A stretch of DNA of 35,349 nt from the sequence record DRR378314_419. One strand, 5' to 3'. Both the position numbers and the translations under genes were made by a program. Each line of letters starts with the position of its first letter. The stretch's first letter is position 1. Positions 19,035-28,550 of the stretch are shown here, piece after piece. The notes under the pieces were generated by a model, which was not told where the DNA came from, did no database searches, and saw nothing but the letters and a program-made list of their open reading frames with translations.

Positions 19035-20192
19035 TCAAAGGACTTTCTTATAAATCAGATAGGCATCCTCGCGGGTGACATCCCGGGGATTATTGATCAG
19101 AAGCCGGGTTTGCTCCATGGCGGCATCGGCCAGCTTGTCCAAATCATCTTCGCTCACCCCAACCTGCCTTAAGGTCGTCTCAAGCCCCAGATCCTTGCTG
19201 AAAGCGGCCAGCCGCTCGATAAATTCCTGACAGGTTGCTTGCGCGCCCTGATCCGGATCCATGTCCGGGAACACAATCGGTGCCAGCTCGGCATAGGCAT
19301 CGGCGCAGACGGGCGCGTTAAAGCGCATCACTTCGGCCAGCACAAGCGCATTGGATAATCCGTGTGGGACATGAAAAATCCCGCCAATCGGATAGGCGAG
19401 GGCATGAACAGCCGCCACCGGCGAGTTGGCAAAGGCCTGTCCCGCCAGACACGCGCCCAGCAGCATGTTGGAGCGGGCGTCTACATTGCCCCCATCCTTG
19501 ACCGCCGTTTCAATATTGCCGCCCAGCAGCCGCAAGGCTTCCTTGCCAAGGGTTGCCGACATCGGATTGTTATTGGCACCCTTGGAGGTGTAGGCTTCAA
19601 TGGCATGAACCATGGCATCGATCCCGGTGGCCGCAGTGACATGCGGCGGCAGGCCGAGGGTCAGGTTGGCATCCAGAATGGCCAGATCGGGCAGCAGCTT
19701 GGCGGATACAACACCTTTTTTCGTCTCGGCCCCAACCGTAATGATAGAGATCGGGGTCACTTCCGAGCCGGTTCCCGCTGTGGTTGGGATCTGGATCAGG
19801 GGCAGGCGGCTTCCCTTGATCATTTCAATCCCGTAAATATCATCCAGCTGTTCCTGCCCAAGGGCGAGCAGGGCAACCAGTTTCGCCACATCCATGGAGG
19901 ATCCGCCGCCAAATCCGATAATCACATCGGCGTTATGGTCAGTGGCGGCGTCTGTCGCGGCCAGGACCACGGCTTCTCTGGGATCGGCTTCCACATCGCT
20001 ATAAATCGCCAGCTCAACGCCTACCTCTTTCAGCGCGTCAAGCGCCTCTGCCGCCAGGCCCAGCTTGATAATCCCTGGATCGGTTACCAGCAACGCCCGC
20101 GTTCCGTATCCAAGGGTGAGGCTCCCCAGCTCTTGCATGGCGCCGGGTTTGCAGATCAGTTTTGGTGTTGTATTAAAGGTAAAGTCACGCAT
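19035..20192 (-). CDS. Iron-containing alcohol dehydrogenase
   Basis: GGGSSMD, IPTTAGTGSE, DAMVHAIE, HALAY, PHG. Confidence 0.95.
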   Translation of the reverse strand: MRDFTFNTTPKLICKPGAMQELGSLTLGYGTRALLVTDPGIIKLGLAAEALDALKEVGVELAIYSDVEADPREAVVLAATDAATDHNADVIIGFGGGSSMDVAKLVALLALGQEQLDDIYGIEMIKGSRLPLIQIPTTAGTGSEVTPISIITVGAETKKGVVSAKLLPDLAILDANLTLGLPPHVTAATGIDAMVHAIEAYTSKGANNNPMSATLGKEALRLLGGNIETAVKDGGNVDARSNMLLGACLAGQAFANSPVAAVHALAYPIGGIFHVPHGLSNALVLAEVMRFNAPVCADAYAELAPIVFPDMDPDQGAQATCQEFIERLAAFSKDLGLETTLRQVGVSEDDLDKLADAAMEQTRLLINNPRDVTREDAYLIYKKVL

Positions 20193-20535
20193 GATTTTCT
20201 TCTTGATTTGATTCTTCTCATAACCCTATAGATTTCATTTATCCGACAAAACCGCTTTTTTTGTGAAATTGCAAATTAGTTATTCTTTGAAAATCACACT
20301 TTTTTCCTGAATCTACAGATTTTTTTGAAATTCGTTTATCACTTAATACCTAGGTCATTTAGGGAGTCGCTTCTAAGGATAAGATAGCCTAAAGGAACTA
20401 TTTGTTTATTCCTGAATGCGTAATTATGAGAAAACGGCTCTTTAAATAGTAAATAATAATGTAGAAAAACATGATTTTACAAATTCTGATTATTTAATAT
20501 AAAGCTACAAATAAGACTTTTGATCTAAATATTCA

Positions 20536-20550
20536 TTAACGTTTGCTTAA
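20536..20550. promoter_or_regulatory. CtrA binding site
   Basis: TTAA-CGTTTGC-TTAA (TTAA-N7-TTAA), 87 nt upstream of a chemotaxis gene pair. The region is AT-rich, so a chance match is possible. Confidence 0.6.
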
Positions 20551-20637
20551 ATAAATCTATTAAATAGTGACGCTCCACTTTGTCATTGGGGAAAATACGC
20601 AGGTATTCACCTGTGAAAATAGGACAAGGAGCAGGGG

Positions 20638-21198
20638 ATGAAATATAAGGGACAGGAAGTTTTCTTTGATCGGAATGATCTGATCGTGAGTAAAACGGAT
20701 TTAAAGGGCATCCTGACATATGCCAATCATACATTTCTGGAAATCGCGGGGTATAGGGAAGATGAGGTTATCGGAAAACCGCATAACATGATCCGCCATG
20801 AAAATATGCCAAGAGGAGTGTTTGAGTTTTTTTGGCAGACGCTGCAGCAGGAACAGGAAATTTTTGCGTATGTGGTCAACCAGACGAAAAACGGGGATCA
20901 TTATTGGGTGATTGCCCATGTCACCCCGTCCTATCAGGAGGGGCAGCATGTGGGTTACCATTCAACCCGCCGGGTTCCGGATGCAACAGTTATCAAAACC
21001 ATTATTGAGCCGTTATATGAGACCATGAACGGCATTGAGCGCAGCACCGCTCATCGCAAGGAAGGGACGGCCAAGTCTTTGGCCCATCTGTCCAATTTAC
21101 TGGATCAGCAGCAAACAACCTATGGCGAATTTATCGCCCGGTTGATGCTTGGCAAAGAACTTCATAACCTGGGGATAACACATGAACATGCAGCCTGA
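20638..21198 (+). CDS. Stand-alone Aer-type (FAD) PAS domain protein
   Basis: [52 protein letters not shown]. Confidence 0.9.
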   Translation: MKYKGQEVFFDRNDLIVSKTDLKGILTYANHTFLEIAGYREDEVIGKPHNMIRHENMPRGVFEFFWQTLQQEQEIFAYVVNQTKNGDHYWVIAHVTPSYQEGQHVGYHSTRRVPDATVIKTIIEPLYETMNGIERSTAHRKEGTAKSLAHLSNLLDQQQTTYGEFIARLMLGKELHNLGITHEHAA

Positions 21199-22309
21199 AC
21201 TGAATGGGGATGCCCTGCAGGATGAGGTGCCAGCTAGGCGCCTTCTGCAAATCCTCGATGTGGTAAGCGATCTGTGTGAAGGGGATTTTGAAAGCCGTAT
21301 CACTGAGCTGCCCTCAGAAGACGGACTGGAACGTCAGCTCTGTGTCAAGATCAACGAAATGATCGACAGGGCCGATGCTTATGTGCGGGAGTCTACGGCT
21401 TGTCTGAATTATATGTCGGAAAATAAATATTTCCGGCGAATTTCAAGTGACGGACTCCCCGGCGCCTATGCGGTTGCCAGCCGTCGGATCAACAGGGCCG
21501 CTGATGGCGTGTCCGCCAAGATTGCGGAATTTACGTCCTGCGTTGAAACTATTTCGGTTGCCGCCACTCAGTTAGAGAGCAGCTCTCAAACAATGGCTGA
21601 ACAGATCAGTGAGGCTTCGGATAATGCCACCACAGTCGCCGCAGCAGCGGAAGAGGCGGGCACAAACACCCAGACGGTTGCCTCCGCCACTGAACAGCTC
21701 AGCAATTCCATTCAGGAAATCAACACACAAGTTGCCAGCTCCATGCAGGTCTCTGCAACCGCAGTGACCCAGTCAGATGAGGTGAACCGGATGGTCAATC
21801 GACTGTCACAAGCCTCCGATCAGATCGGCGATGTGGTCAGCCTGATTAACAATATCGCCAGCCAGACTAAGCTTCTGGCCCTGAATGCAACGATTGAGGC
21901 CGCCCGCGCCGGAGAGGCGGGCAAAGGATTTGCCGTTGTCGCCAGCGAGGTCAAAAGCCTCTCCAGTCAAACGGAAAAAGCAACCGAAGATATCCGCAAA
22001 CAGGTCGATGAAATCCAAACTGTCGCGGGCACTGCCGTTGGGTCCATCGACGGGATTACCGGCTCCATTAATCAAATCAATGAAGTGACCACCAGCATTG
22101 CCGGCGCGATGGAGGAACAGGACGCCGCAACCAAGGAAATTTCTCATAATATTCATGAGGCCGCCACCGGTGTCGCTGAGGTCACCAGCAACGTGACAGC
22201 CGTCAGTAACAGCGTTCGCGATGTCAGTCACGGCTCTGACATGGTGCGGTCGGTTGCCGCGGATCTGAAATCTCAGTCTGATCACTTGAAATCAGTGCTC
22301 AACCGATAA
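21182..22309 (+). CDS. Soluble methyl-accepting chemotaxis protein (HAMP-like segments + signalling domain, no TM)
   Basis: Hairpin tip [45 protein letters not shown]-like segment; no hydrophobic span; own GGGGA RBS. Confidence 0.93.
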   Translation: MNMQPELNGDALQDEVPARRLLQILDVVSDLCEGDFESRITELPSEDGLERQLCVKINEMIDRADAYVRESTACLNYMSENKYFRRISSDGLPGAYAVASRRINRAADGVSAKIAEFTSCVETISVAATQLESSSQTMAEQISEASDNATTVAAAAEEAGTNTQTVASATEQLSNSIQEINTQVASSMQVSATAVTQSDEVNRMVNRLSQASDQIGDVVSLINNIASQTKLLALNATIEAARAGEAGKGFAVVASEVKSLSSQTEKATEDIRKQVDEIQTVAGTAVGSIDGITGSINQINEVTTSIAGAMEEQDAATKEISHNIHEAATGVAEVTSNVTAVSNSVRDVSHGSDMVRSVAADLKSQSDHLKSVLNR

Positions 22310-22335
22310 ACCCTCCACGCCATGTGGTGGATCCC

Positions 22336-22374
22336 GAAGGCTGTCAGTGTAAATCCCACTGACAGCCTTCTTTT
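22336..22374 (+). terminator. Rho-independent terminator
   Basis: Perfect 14-bp stem GAAGGCTGTCAGTG / CACTGACAGCCTTC followed by TTTT. Confidence 0.88.
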
Positions 22375-22381
22375 ACTGTGT

Positions 22382-22395
22382 CTGATCCAAATCAA
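22382..22395. promoter_or_regulatory. FNR/FnrL/FixK box
   Basis: CTGAT-CCAA-ATCAA, one mismatch to TTGAT-N4-ATCAA, ~60 nt upstream of the hemerythrin-like gene. Confidence 0.6.
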
Positions 22396-22454
22396 AGCTT
22401 TTTGATTTTTTTCTAATATCCTTTGGGCGTCAACGACGGCTAAGGAGGTTGGTC

Positions 22455-23021
22455 ATGTCAGAGATAATTCAAACCCTGAAAGACGCGCATTTGCGCATGG
22501 ATATTGCCCTTTCTGTATTGGCACAGGAAGTGGATCGGTTTGCCGATGGACATCGGCTTGATTATGCTTTGGTTGAAAGTGTGACGGAGTATTTGAAACG
22601 GGCAACAGCGCTTAATCACCACGACGTTGAAGATGAAATGTATCGGCGGCTGATAGAGAAAGAAGCTGGCCTTGCAGATCAAATTGCCAATACCCAGATC
22701 GATCATGAGAAACTGGCGTTTCTTGGCTACGCACTCAATGAGGCGGTCAAGGATGTGGAAAGTGATAATCAGGTGCCCAGATACTGGCTGGTATCGGTGG
22801 CCAAGGAATATCTGAACGCCCATCTTCGGCATATGCGAAATGAGGAAAAAACCCTGTTTCCAAACGCCCTTAAACTGCTCACACCGGAGGATTGGACAGC
22901 TCTTTCGAACCTTCTGGATGACAAAGCGGCCCTCGACTTTATCCAGTTGGAGGTGGAGGAACTTGAAGATCTGCATCGGGATATCCGCAATTGGCAGGAT
23001 GCCCCTTATGCGATGATGTGA
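22455..23021 (+). CDS. Hemerythrin-like (HHE cation-binding) protein
   Basis: H ... HHDVE ... DH ... HMRNEEKTLFP pattern; AGGAGG RBS. Confidence 0.85.
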   Translation: MSEIIQTLKDAHLRMDIALSVLAQEVDRFADGHRLDYALVESVTEYLKRATALNHHDVEDEMYRRLIEKEAGLADQIANTQIDHEKLAFLGYALNEAVKDVESDNQVPRYWLVSVAKEYLNAHLRHMRNEEKTLFPNALKLLTPEDWTALSNLLDDKAALDFIQLEVEELEDLHRDIRNWQDAPYAMM

Positions 23022-23031
23022 GCTAGTCCAG

Positions 23032-24714
23032 TTAAACAGACCGAGCTGGATCTGAGGGGCGCTGGCGGTTTTGCCATGCCTCATCAATCCAGACGGGAGC
23101 TTCTATTGGCGATAATAATCCTTTGCCAAGGATATGATCGGCTGCTTTTTCCGCCACCATAATGGTTGGTGCGTTCAGGTTCCCATTTGGAATAGTAGGA
23201 AAGATGGAGCTGTCAATCACCCGCAGGTTGCCGATCCCCCGAACCCGGCAATCTGGATCCAGAACGGCCATCTTGTCTGTTTCCGCTCCGATTTTACAGG
23301 TGCAGGAGGGATGATAGGCGCTTTCCACATTCGCTTTCACCCATTGGTCAATTTCCGCATCACTTGCAATGGACAGGCCGGGCTGAATTTCCTCGGCCCG
23401 GTAGGGGTCCATCGCGGGCTGGTTGAGGATCTCCCGGCTGAGGCGGATGACATTGCGCCAATCTTCAATATCCTGTTCGTGCGTTAAATAATTGAACTGG
23501 ATCAGCGGTTTCGCCGCTGGGTCTGCCGATGACAGGCTGACGCTGCCCCGGCTGGCGGGTTTGTTCGGACCCACATGCACCTGATATCCGTGACCGTCAA
23601 ATGCCGCCCGCCCATCATAGCGCATGGCGGCTGGCAGGAAATGGTATTGGATATCTGGCCATTGCAGGCCCTTCCGGGATCGAATGAAGCCGCAGGATTC
23701 AAAATGATTGGTCGCGCCCAGTCCGGATTTGAACAGCATCCAACGGGCGCCGATCAGCCCCTTGCTGAGCAGGCCAAGACGATTATTGAGGGTCAGGGGC
23801 TCTTTGCATTTATACTGAAAATAAACCTCCAGATGATCCTGCAGATTTTGACCCACGCCAGGCAGATCGGCAACCGGCTCAATCCCCAGCTTTGTAAGGG
23901 ATGCTGCGTCGCCAATGCCCGATCGCTGCAGAAGTGTCGGACTGCCCACCGATCCGGCGGACAGCAGCACTTCCTTTCGGGCGGAAATGATTTCGGTTTT
24001 CCCTTTTCGCTGAACCTGAATACCGGTTGCGCGGGCCTGTTCGGTCAGGATTTTTTCAACCATAATACCGGTCAGAATGGTCAGGTTTGCCCGGCTTTTC
24101 ACAGGATCCAGATAGGCCTTCGCGGTGGAGGCACGAACGCCGCCATCCACGGTCATATGCATGGGGCCAAACCCTTCCTGCTGGTAGCCGTTATAGTCAC
24201 CGGTCAGCGGGTATCCAGCTTCTCTGCCAGCCGAAATGAAGGCGTTGTAAAGCGGGTTTAACTGCCGGTTATTGCCATTACACACCGCGAGCGGGCCGTC
24301 GCCGCCGCGATAGGTATCTTCACCGCTCATCCAGCTTTCGGCTTTTTTGAAATAGGGCAGCACATCTGAATAGGCCCATCCATGGGCTCCGGCGGCCTGC
24401 CATTGATCAAAGTCACAGGCGTGCCCGCGCACATAAACCATTCCATTGATCGATGAGGAGCCGCCCAGAACCTTGCCCCGGGGGCAGTCCATGCGGCGAC
24501 CCTCCAGCCCGGGTTCTGGCAGGGTTTCAAACCCCCAGTTAAAACGATCCATATTCATCGGGATGGAAAGGGCGGTGGGCATTTTGATGAACAGGCTTTT
24601 ATCGCTACCGCCAAATTCAATCAGTCCGACGTTTATCGTTGGATCTTCGCTCAATCGATTGGCCAGAACGCAGCCTGCAGAACCGGCGCCAATAATCACA
24701 TAGTCGAATTCCAT
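23032..24714 (-). CDS. betA: Choline dehydrogenase (GMC oxidoreductase)
   Basis: [68 protein letters not shown]. Confidence 0.93.
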   Translation of the reverse strand: MEFDYVIIGAGSAGCVLANRLSEDPTINVGLIEFGGSDKSLFIKMPTALSIPMNMDRFNWGFETLPEPGLEGRRMDCPRGKVLGGSSSINGMVYVRGHACDFDQWQAAGAHGWAYSDVLPYFKKAESWMSGEDTYRGGDGPLAVCNGNNRQLNPLYNAFISAGREAGYPLTGDYNGYQQEGFGPMHMTVDGGVRASTAKAYLDPVKSRANLTILTGIMVEKILTEQARATGIQVQRKGKTEIISARKEVLLSAGSVGSPTLLQRSGIGDAASLTKLGIEPVADLPGVGQNLQDHLEVYFQYKCKEPLTLNNRLGLLSKGLIGARWMLFKSGLGATNHFESCGFIRSRKGLQWPDIQYHFLPAAMRYDGRAAFDGHGYQVHVGPNKPASRGSVSLSSADPAAKPLIQFNYLTHEQDIEDWRNVIRLSREILNQPAMDPYRAEEIQPGLSIASDAEIDQWVKANVESAYHPSCTCKIGAETDKMAVLDPDCRVRGIGNLRVIDSSIFPTIPNGNLNAPTIMVAEKAADHILGKGLLSPIEAPVWIDEAWQNRQRPSDPARSV

Positions 24715-24939
24715 TTGCCCTCCATCAGCCTTCAGAGCTCCTGTGTAATTTATTCATTGCCCCCGCGCCAGCAGCTTTTCTTGTCGAACAAACATTCCCT
24801 CTTTAGATTGGGTCGGACAGATATTTTCAATACCCGAACATCTTCTCATAGGCGGCGCTGCGCCCTTCGCCTATTGATTTCAATCGGCTGACAGGTCATT
24901 GTTTAAATCTGATCATAACAAATTGAAAGATAACGTGAA

Positions 24940-26010
24940 ATGAAGGCGACAGTCATTGGCGGGGCAACAATTGATGTCATCGCCACGATCGACTCTGGCA
25001 ATATCGAAAGCATCACCATGCAAAATGCCGCTCACTCCTATCTGTTGATGGAGCAGGGCGCAAAGGTGGAAGCCAGTCATATTGATACCCAAATGGGCGG
25101 CGGCGCGACCAATGCCTCGGTCAGTTTTTCCCGGCTGGGCGCTTCTGTCCAAGCTGTCTTAATGCTTGGCAATGATCGGGATGGTGATCATGTGATGGAC
25201 CGGCTGACCTCTGAAAAGGTGAGCACGGAATTCGTTCTGCGCCATGCCTCAGAGCCGACCGGAAAATCGGTGATTATCTGCTCCCATGAGCGAAATGCCG
25301 GCGTGTTTGTCAATCGCGGCTCCAACAGTTGCCTTTCTGCTGCGGATATCACACCTCAAATGTTTGAAGGGGCGGACCTTGTTTATGTGTCCACCTTGAG
25401 CTCGGCCTCTGCCGATGCATTTCCGCATATTGTGCGTTTGGCCAAGGAGGCGGGGGCGTTCGTTGTTTGTAATCCGGGTATCCGGCAAATCCGTCTTCGG
25501 AAATCTCAGGTGATGGCAGCACTGAAATGGGTCGATCTGATCGCCATCAACCGCGAAGAAGCCCGTTCCCTGGCAGAGGGAACCGTGCCCATCGCCATTG
25601 GCGGCCTGCCAGAGGATCAAGACCTGCCAGACTTGATTTCAGGGGGCTTGGGAGATCGCGAAAACCCACTATTGATGAAAGATTTAGCTGCGGAGGTGAC
25701 AAATGCTGGCTGCGCCCATCTGGTGGTCACCAACGGCGCCGAAGGGGCGTATCTGGCCACCGCATCGGATGTGACCTTCTGTCCAATTATTCCCTCCCAT
25801 CTGGAAAGCACCATTGGGGCCGGGGATGCGTTTAATTCCACCTTGTCCTTTGCCCTGGTGACCGGCAAATCCATTGCCGATGCCATGACCCTGGCCGTTT
25901 GCAATGCCGCCTCCGTTGCCGGGCATGTGGACGCGCAAACCGGATTACAGGATTATCAGACTTTAACCACCCAGATGGCCAGTCTGGACATCTATCAGCA
26001 ACGCTGGTGA
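24940..26010 (+). CDS. PfkB/ribokinase family carbohydrate kinase
   Basis: GGGATN..SRLG, NREEA, VTNGAEG, anion-hole motif TIGAGDAF. Confidence 0.9.
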   Translation: MKATVIGGATIDVIATIDSGNIESITMQNAAHSYLLMEQGAKVEASHIDTQMGGGATNASVSFSRLGASVQAVLMLGNDRDGDHVMDRLTSEKVSTEFVLRHASEPTGKSVIICSHERNAGVFVNRGSNSCLSAADITPQMFEGADLVYVSTLSSASADAFPHIVRLAKEAGAFVVCNPGIRQIRLRKSQVMAALKWVDLIAINREEARSLAEGTVPIAIGGLPEDQDLPDLISGGLGDRENPLLMKDLAAEVTNAGCAHLVVTNGAEGAYLATASDVTFCPIIPSHLESTIGAGDAFNSTLSFALVTGKSIADAMTLAVCNAASVAGHVDAQTGLQDYQTLTTQMASLDIYQQRW

Positions 26011-26709
26011 TTAAAGCTTGCTGGTCATGCGAAAGCCTTCGGGATAATACATGCGAAGGGTGGTGATCGCCCGGTCATTGAGCCGGGTTGTCCGCTCAAT
26101 CAAAAAGACCGGTGCCCCCTTGGCAATCTCCAGATGGGCGGCCACCCGGTCGGTGGCGGCAGCGGCGGAAAAGCTGATATCCCCATCGGAATAGGGCACC
26201 TGTTTGACCAGCCATTCATTGGGACTGATATCTGTAAAATCCGCTTCTCGAATTCCGGGGGCGGCAGATGGATTGACCCAGCGTTCTTCATACATGAACG
26301 GCGCGTTATCCGACAGATGCAAGGTGTTCAGTTGCAGCAGCTGCTGATCGGACAGGGCAAAACGGGCCTGGACAGATATTGGCGGCTGCACCATATCATT
26401 GACCAGAACATGATGGCTGTAAACGCCGCCCCGGTCCGTGACTTCTTTTCGGATAATCGGAATTTCCAGGGTGGTGCGGGCAACCGGCATGGGGGTGATC
26501 CGCGTTCCGCGCTTGCGGCGGCGCTCCACCAGCCCTTCTTCGGCCAGTTGTTGCAGCGCCCGGTTTACCGTTGTGCGCGAACAGCCAAACTCAATCGCCA
26601 GGTCCGCTTCACCGGGGATGAAGGTACCGGCGCTCCATGTGCCATTATGGATCCGATTCAGAATGATCGCGCGGATGGATTGATGGGTGACTGCCTGCTT
26701 TAAGGCCAT
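26011..26709 (-). CDS. GntR/HutC-subfamily repressor with UTRA domain, histidine-utilisation-repressor-like
   Basis: wHTH GCSRTTVNRAL...RRRKRGT; UTRA segment EERWVNP...DFTDISPNEWL resembles HutC. Confidence 0.88.
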   Translation of the reverse strand: MALKQAVTHQSIRAIILNRIHNGTWSAGTFIPGEADLAIEFGCSRTTVNRALQQLAEEGLVERRRKRGTRITPMPVARTTLEIPIIRKEVTDRGGVYSHHVLVNDMVQPPISVQARFALSDQQLLQLNTLHLSDNAPFMYEERWVNPSAAPGIREADFTDISPNEWLVKQVPYSDGDISFSAAAATDRVAAHLEIAKGAPVFLIERTTRLNDRAITTLRMYYPEGFRMTSKL

Positions 26710-26724
26710 GAGTTAGAAATCCAG

Positions 26725-26752
26725 TTGACTTTTATGTATACACATATAAACA
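26725..26752 (+). promoter_or_regulatory. Candidate dctP promoter with an embedded HutC-type operator
   Basis: TTGACT followed directly by the imperfect palindrome TTTATGTATACACATATAAA (26731-26750). Its core TGTATACACA has one mismatch to TGTA-N2-TACA. Confidence 0.65.
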
Positions 26753-26897
26753 TAAATCATGCTCATAATAGTAGGCGTCGATTATAAGTAAACTGTTAAG
26801 ATCGACAAGGGCTGATGCTTTTTGGGGAAGCGCGCTCATCTTCGAAGGGTCATAGATAACCAACCCTCATCCGGGGGATCATGCGAGGAGATCAAAA

Positions 26898-27983
26898 ATG
26901 AAACGCAGGGATTTTATGAAAGTTGCAGGGGCAGGCGCCGTTGCATCCACGCTGGCAACACCAGCAATCGCTCAAGGTAAATTACAGTGGAAAATGGTCA
27001 CCGCCTGGCCGAAAAATCTGCCCGGGCCCGGTGTCGCCGCGCAGAAACTCGCCGATCGGATTACCGCATTGTCCGGTGGCCGTATCGAAGTCAAACTTTA
27101 TGCCGCAGGTGAGCTTGTGCCCGGCCGCGGTGTGTTTGATGCCGTCTCTCAGGGAACGGCCGAACTCTATCATGCAGTTCCGGCTTACTGGGGCTCCAAA
27201 TCCAAAGGGATCCTGATGTTTGGCTCGCAGCCATTTGGTCTTCGCGGGGATGAGCAGGTTGGCTGGCTCGCCCATGGCGGCGGACAGGATCTTTATGATG
27301 AAATTTATGGCCGCTTTGGCCTGAAACCGTTCCTCTGCGGAAACTCAGGTCCTCAGTGGCAGGGTTGGTTCAAGAAAGAAATCAACTCTGTTGACGATCT
27401 GAAAGGTCTTCGCTTTCGGACAACCGGTCTGGCCTCTGAAATGTGTGCCAAGCTGGGAATGGCTGTGCAGTCCATGGGCGGCCGTGACATGTTCCAGGCG
27501 CTGCAATCCGGTGCGTTGGATGCGGGTGAATTTATCGGCCCTTGGACCGATAGCGCCCTTGGCTTTTATCAGGTTGCCAAAAACTATTACTGGCCCGGCG
27601 TGGGCGAGCCGTCTTCTGCCGAAGAATGTGCCGTCAATCTGGAAGCGTTCAATGCGCTTCCTGCCGATCTGCAGCAGGCTGTGAAATATGCCTGTGACAG
27701 CCTGTATAACGAAGTCTGGACCGAATACACCACCAAACATGCGCTGGCGCTTGAAAAATTGGTCGCTGAAAAAGGCGTTCAGGTCAAGAAATTGCCTGAT
27801 GACGTGATCACCGCCATGGGTAACGCCGCCGGTGAAGTGATTGCCGATCTTCGCGAAGATGAAGATGAACTGGTGCGCAGAATCGTTGAAAGCTTCCTAA
27901 CCTACCGGACTTCCATTGCAGGCTACATGCCTTATGCGGATAACGGTCAGATGAACGCGAGAGCGATGGACTACAAGTACTAA
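26898..27983 (+). CDS. dctP: TRAP transporter substrate-binding protein (DctP, TakP-like, Tat signal)
   Basis: KRRDFMK Tat motif, TPAIAQ, WKMVTAWP, KEINSVDDLKGLRFR, DAGEFIGP. Confidence 0.93.
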   Translation: MKRRDFMKVAGAGAVASTLATPAIAQGKLQWKMVTAWPKNLPGPGVAAQKLADRITALSGGRIEVKLYAAGELVPGRGVFDAVSQGTAELYHAVPAYWGSKSKGILMFGSQPFGLRGDEQVGWLAHGGGQDLYDEIYGRFGLKPFLCGNSGPQWQGWFKKEINSVDDLKGLRFRTTGLASEMCAKLGMAVQSMGGRDMFQALQSGALDAGEFIGPWTDSALGFYQVAKNYYWPGVGEPSSAEECAVNLEAFNALPADLQQAVKYACDSLYNEVWTEYTTKHALALEKLVAEKGVQVKKLPDDVITAMGNAAGEVIADLREDEDELVRRIVESFLTYRTSIAGYMPYADNGQMNARAMDYKY

Positions 27984-27997
27984 TTGGTGTTTGATAG

Positions 27998-28027
27998 AAG
28001 CGGGCTCAGTCAGAGCCCGCTTTTTTT
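27998..28027 (+). terminator. Intercistronic hairpin/terminator after dctP
   Basis: AAGCGGGCTC-AGTCA-GAGCCCGCTTTTTTT. Confidence 0.8.
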
Positions 28028-28046
28028 ATGGCAGGGTTGAGTGTTT

Positions 28047-28550
28047 ATGGAGAAGTTTGCCGCTTTTCTGGACGGGATCAATACGGGCGTTGGCAGTGTT
28101 ATTCGCTGGGCTGCGCTGCTGATGGTTCTGCTACAATTTTCGATCGTCGTCCTTCGCTATGTTTTCGGGGTCAGTTTTATCTTCCTCAACGAAGGAGTAC
28201 TCTATCTGCATGGCTTTCTGTTCATGCTGGGGGCGGGCTATACCTATCTGGTGAATGGTCATGTGCGGGTTGATATTTTCTACGCGAAATTCTCCAAAAT
28301 TGGACAGTCACGCATTGATTTATTTGGCCATTTTGCCTTTCTGTTCCCGGCGATGATTATTTTGCTTTATTGGTCCTGGCCAACGGTCTCCACCTCTTGG
28401 GCGATCCTGGAGGGGCCGATTTCCGTTGGCGGCATTCCAGCTTCTTTCCTGTTGAAATCTCTGATCCCCGGCTTTTGCGGCCTTTTATTGATCCAGGGAA
28501 TTTCCCACATGATCCGTGATCTCCTGCGGATCAGAGGAGGGATCAGCTAA
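28047..28550 (+). CDS. dctQ: TRAP transporter small permease
   Basis: 4 TM segments, VVLRYVFG, GHVRVDIFY. Confidence 0.92.
   Translation: MEKFAAFLDGINTGVGSVIRWAALLMVLLQFSIVVLRYVFGVSFIFLNEGVLYLHGFLFMLGAGYTYLVNGHVRVDIFYAKFSKIGQSRIDLFGHFAFLFPAMIILLYWSWPTVSTSWAILEGPISVGGIPASFLLKSLIPGFCGLLLIQGISHMIRDLLRIRGGIS

Noticed and set aside
19362-20231. 289-aa plus-strand ORF
   Set aside because: Antisense shadow of the Fe-ADH
20525-20734. 69-aa minus-strand ORF entering the AT-rich region
   Set aside because: Overlaps the PAS gene and its promoter; no motif
21182-21198. Possible frameshift splitting one aer gene (pseudogene)
   Set aside because: The MCP has its own RBS and ATG, the PAS protein ends in a coherent tail, and no slippery run or TM remnant is visible
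23575-24261. 228-aa plus-strand ORF
   Set aside because: Antisense shadow of betA
24873-24887. ATTGATTTCAATCGG as an FNR or BetI box
   Set aside because: Two mismatches to the FNR consensus, and the dyad spacing looks too short for BetI
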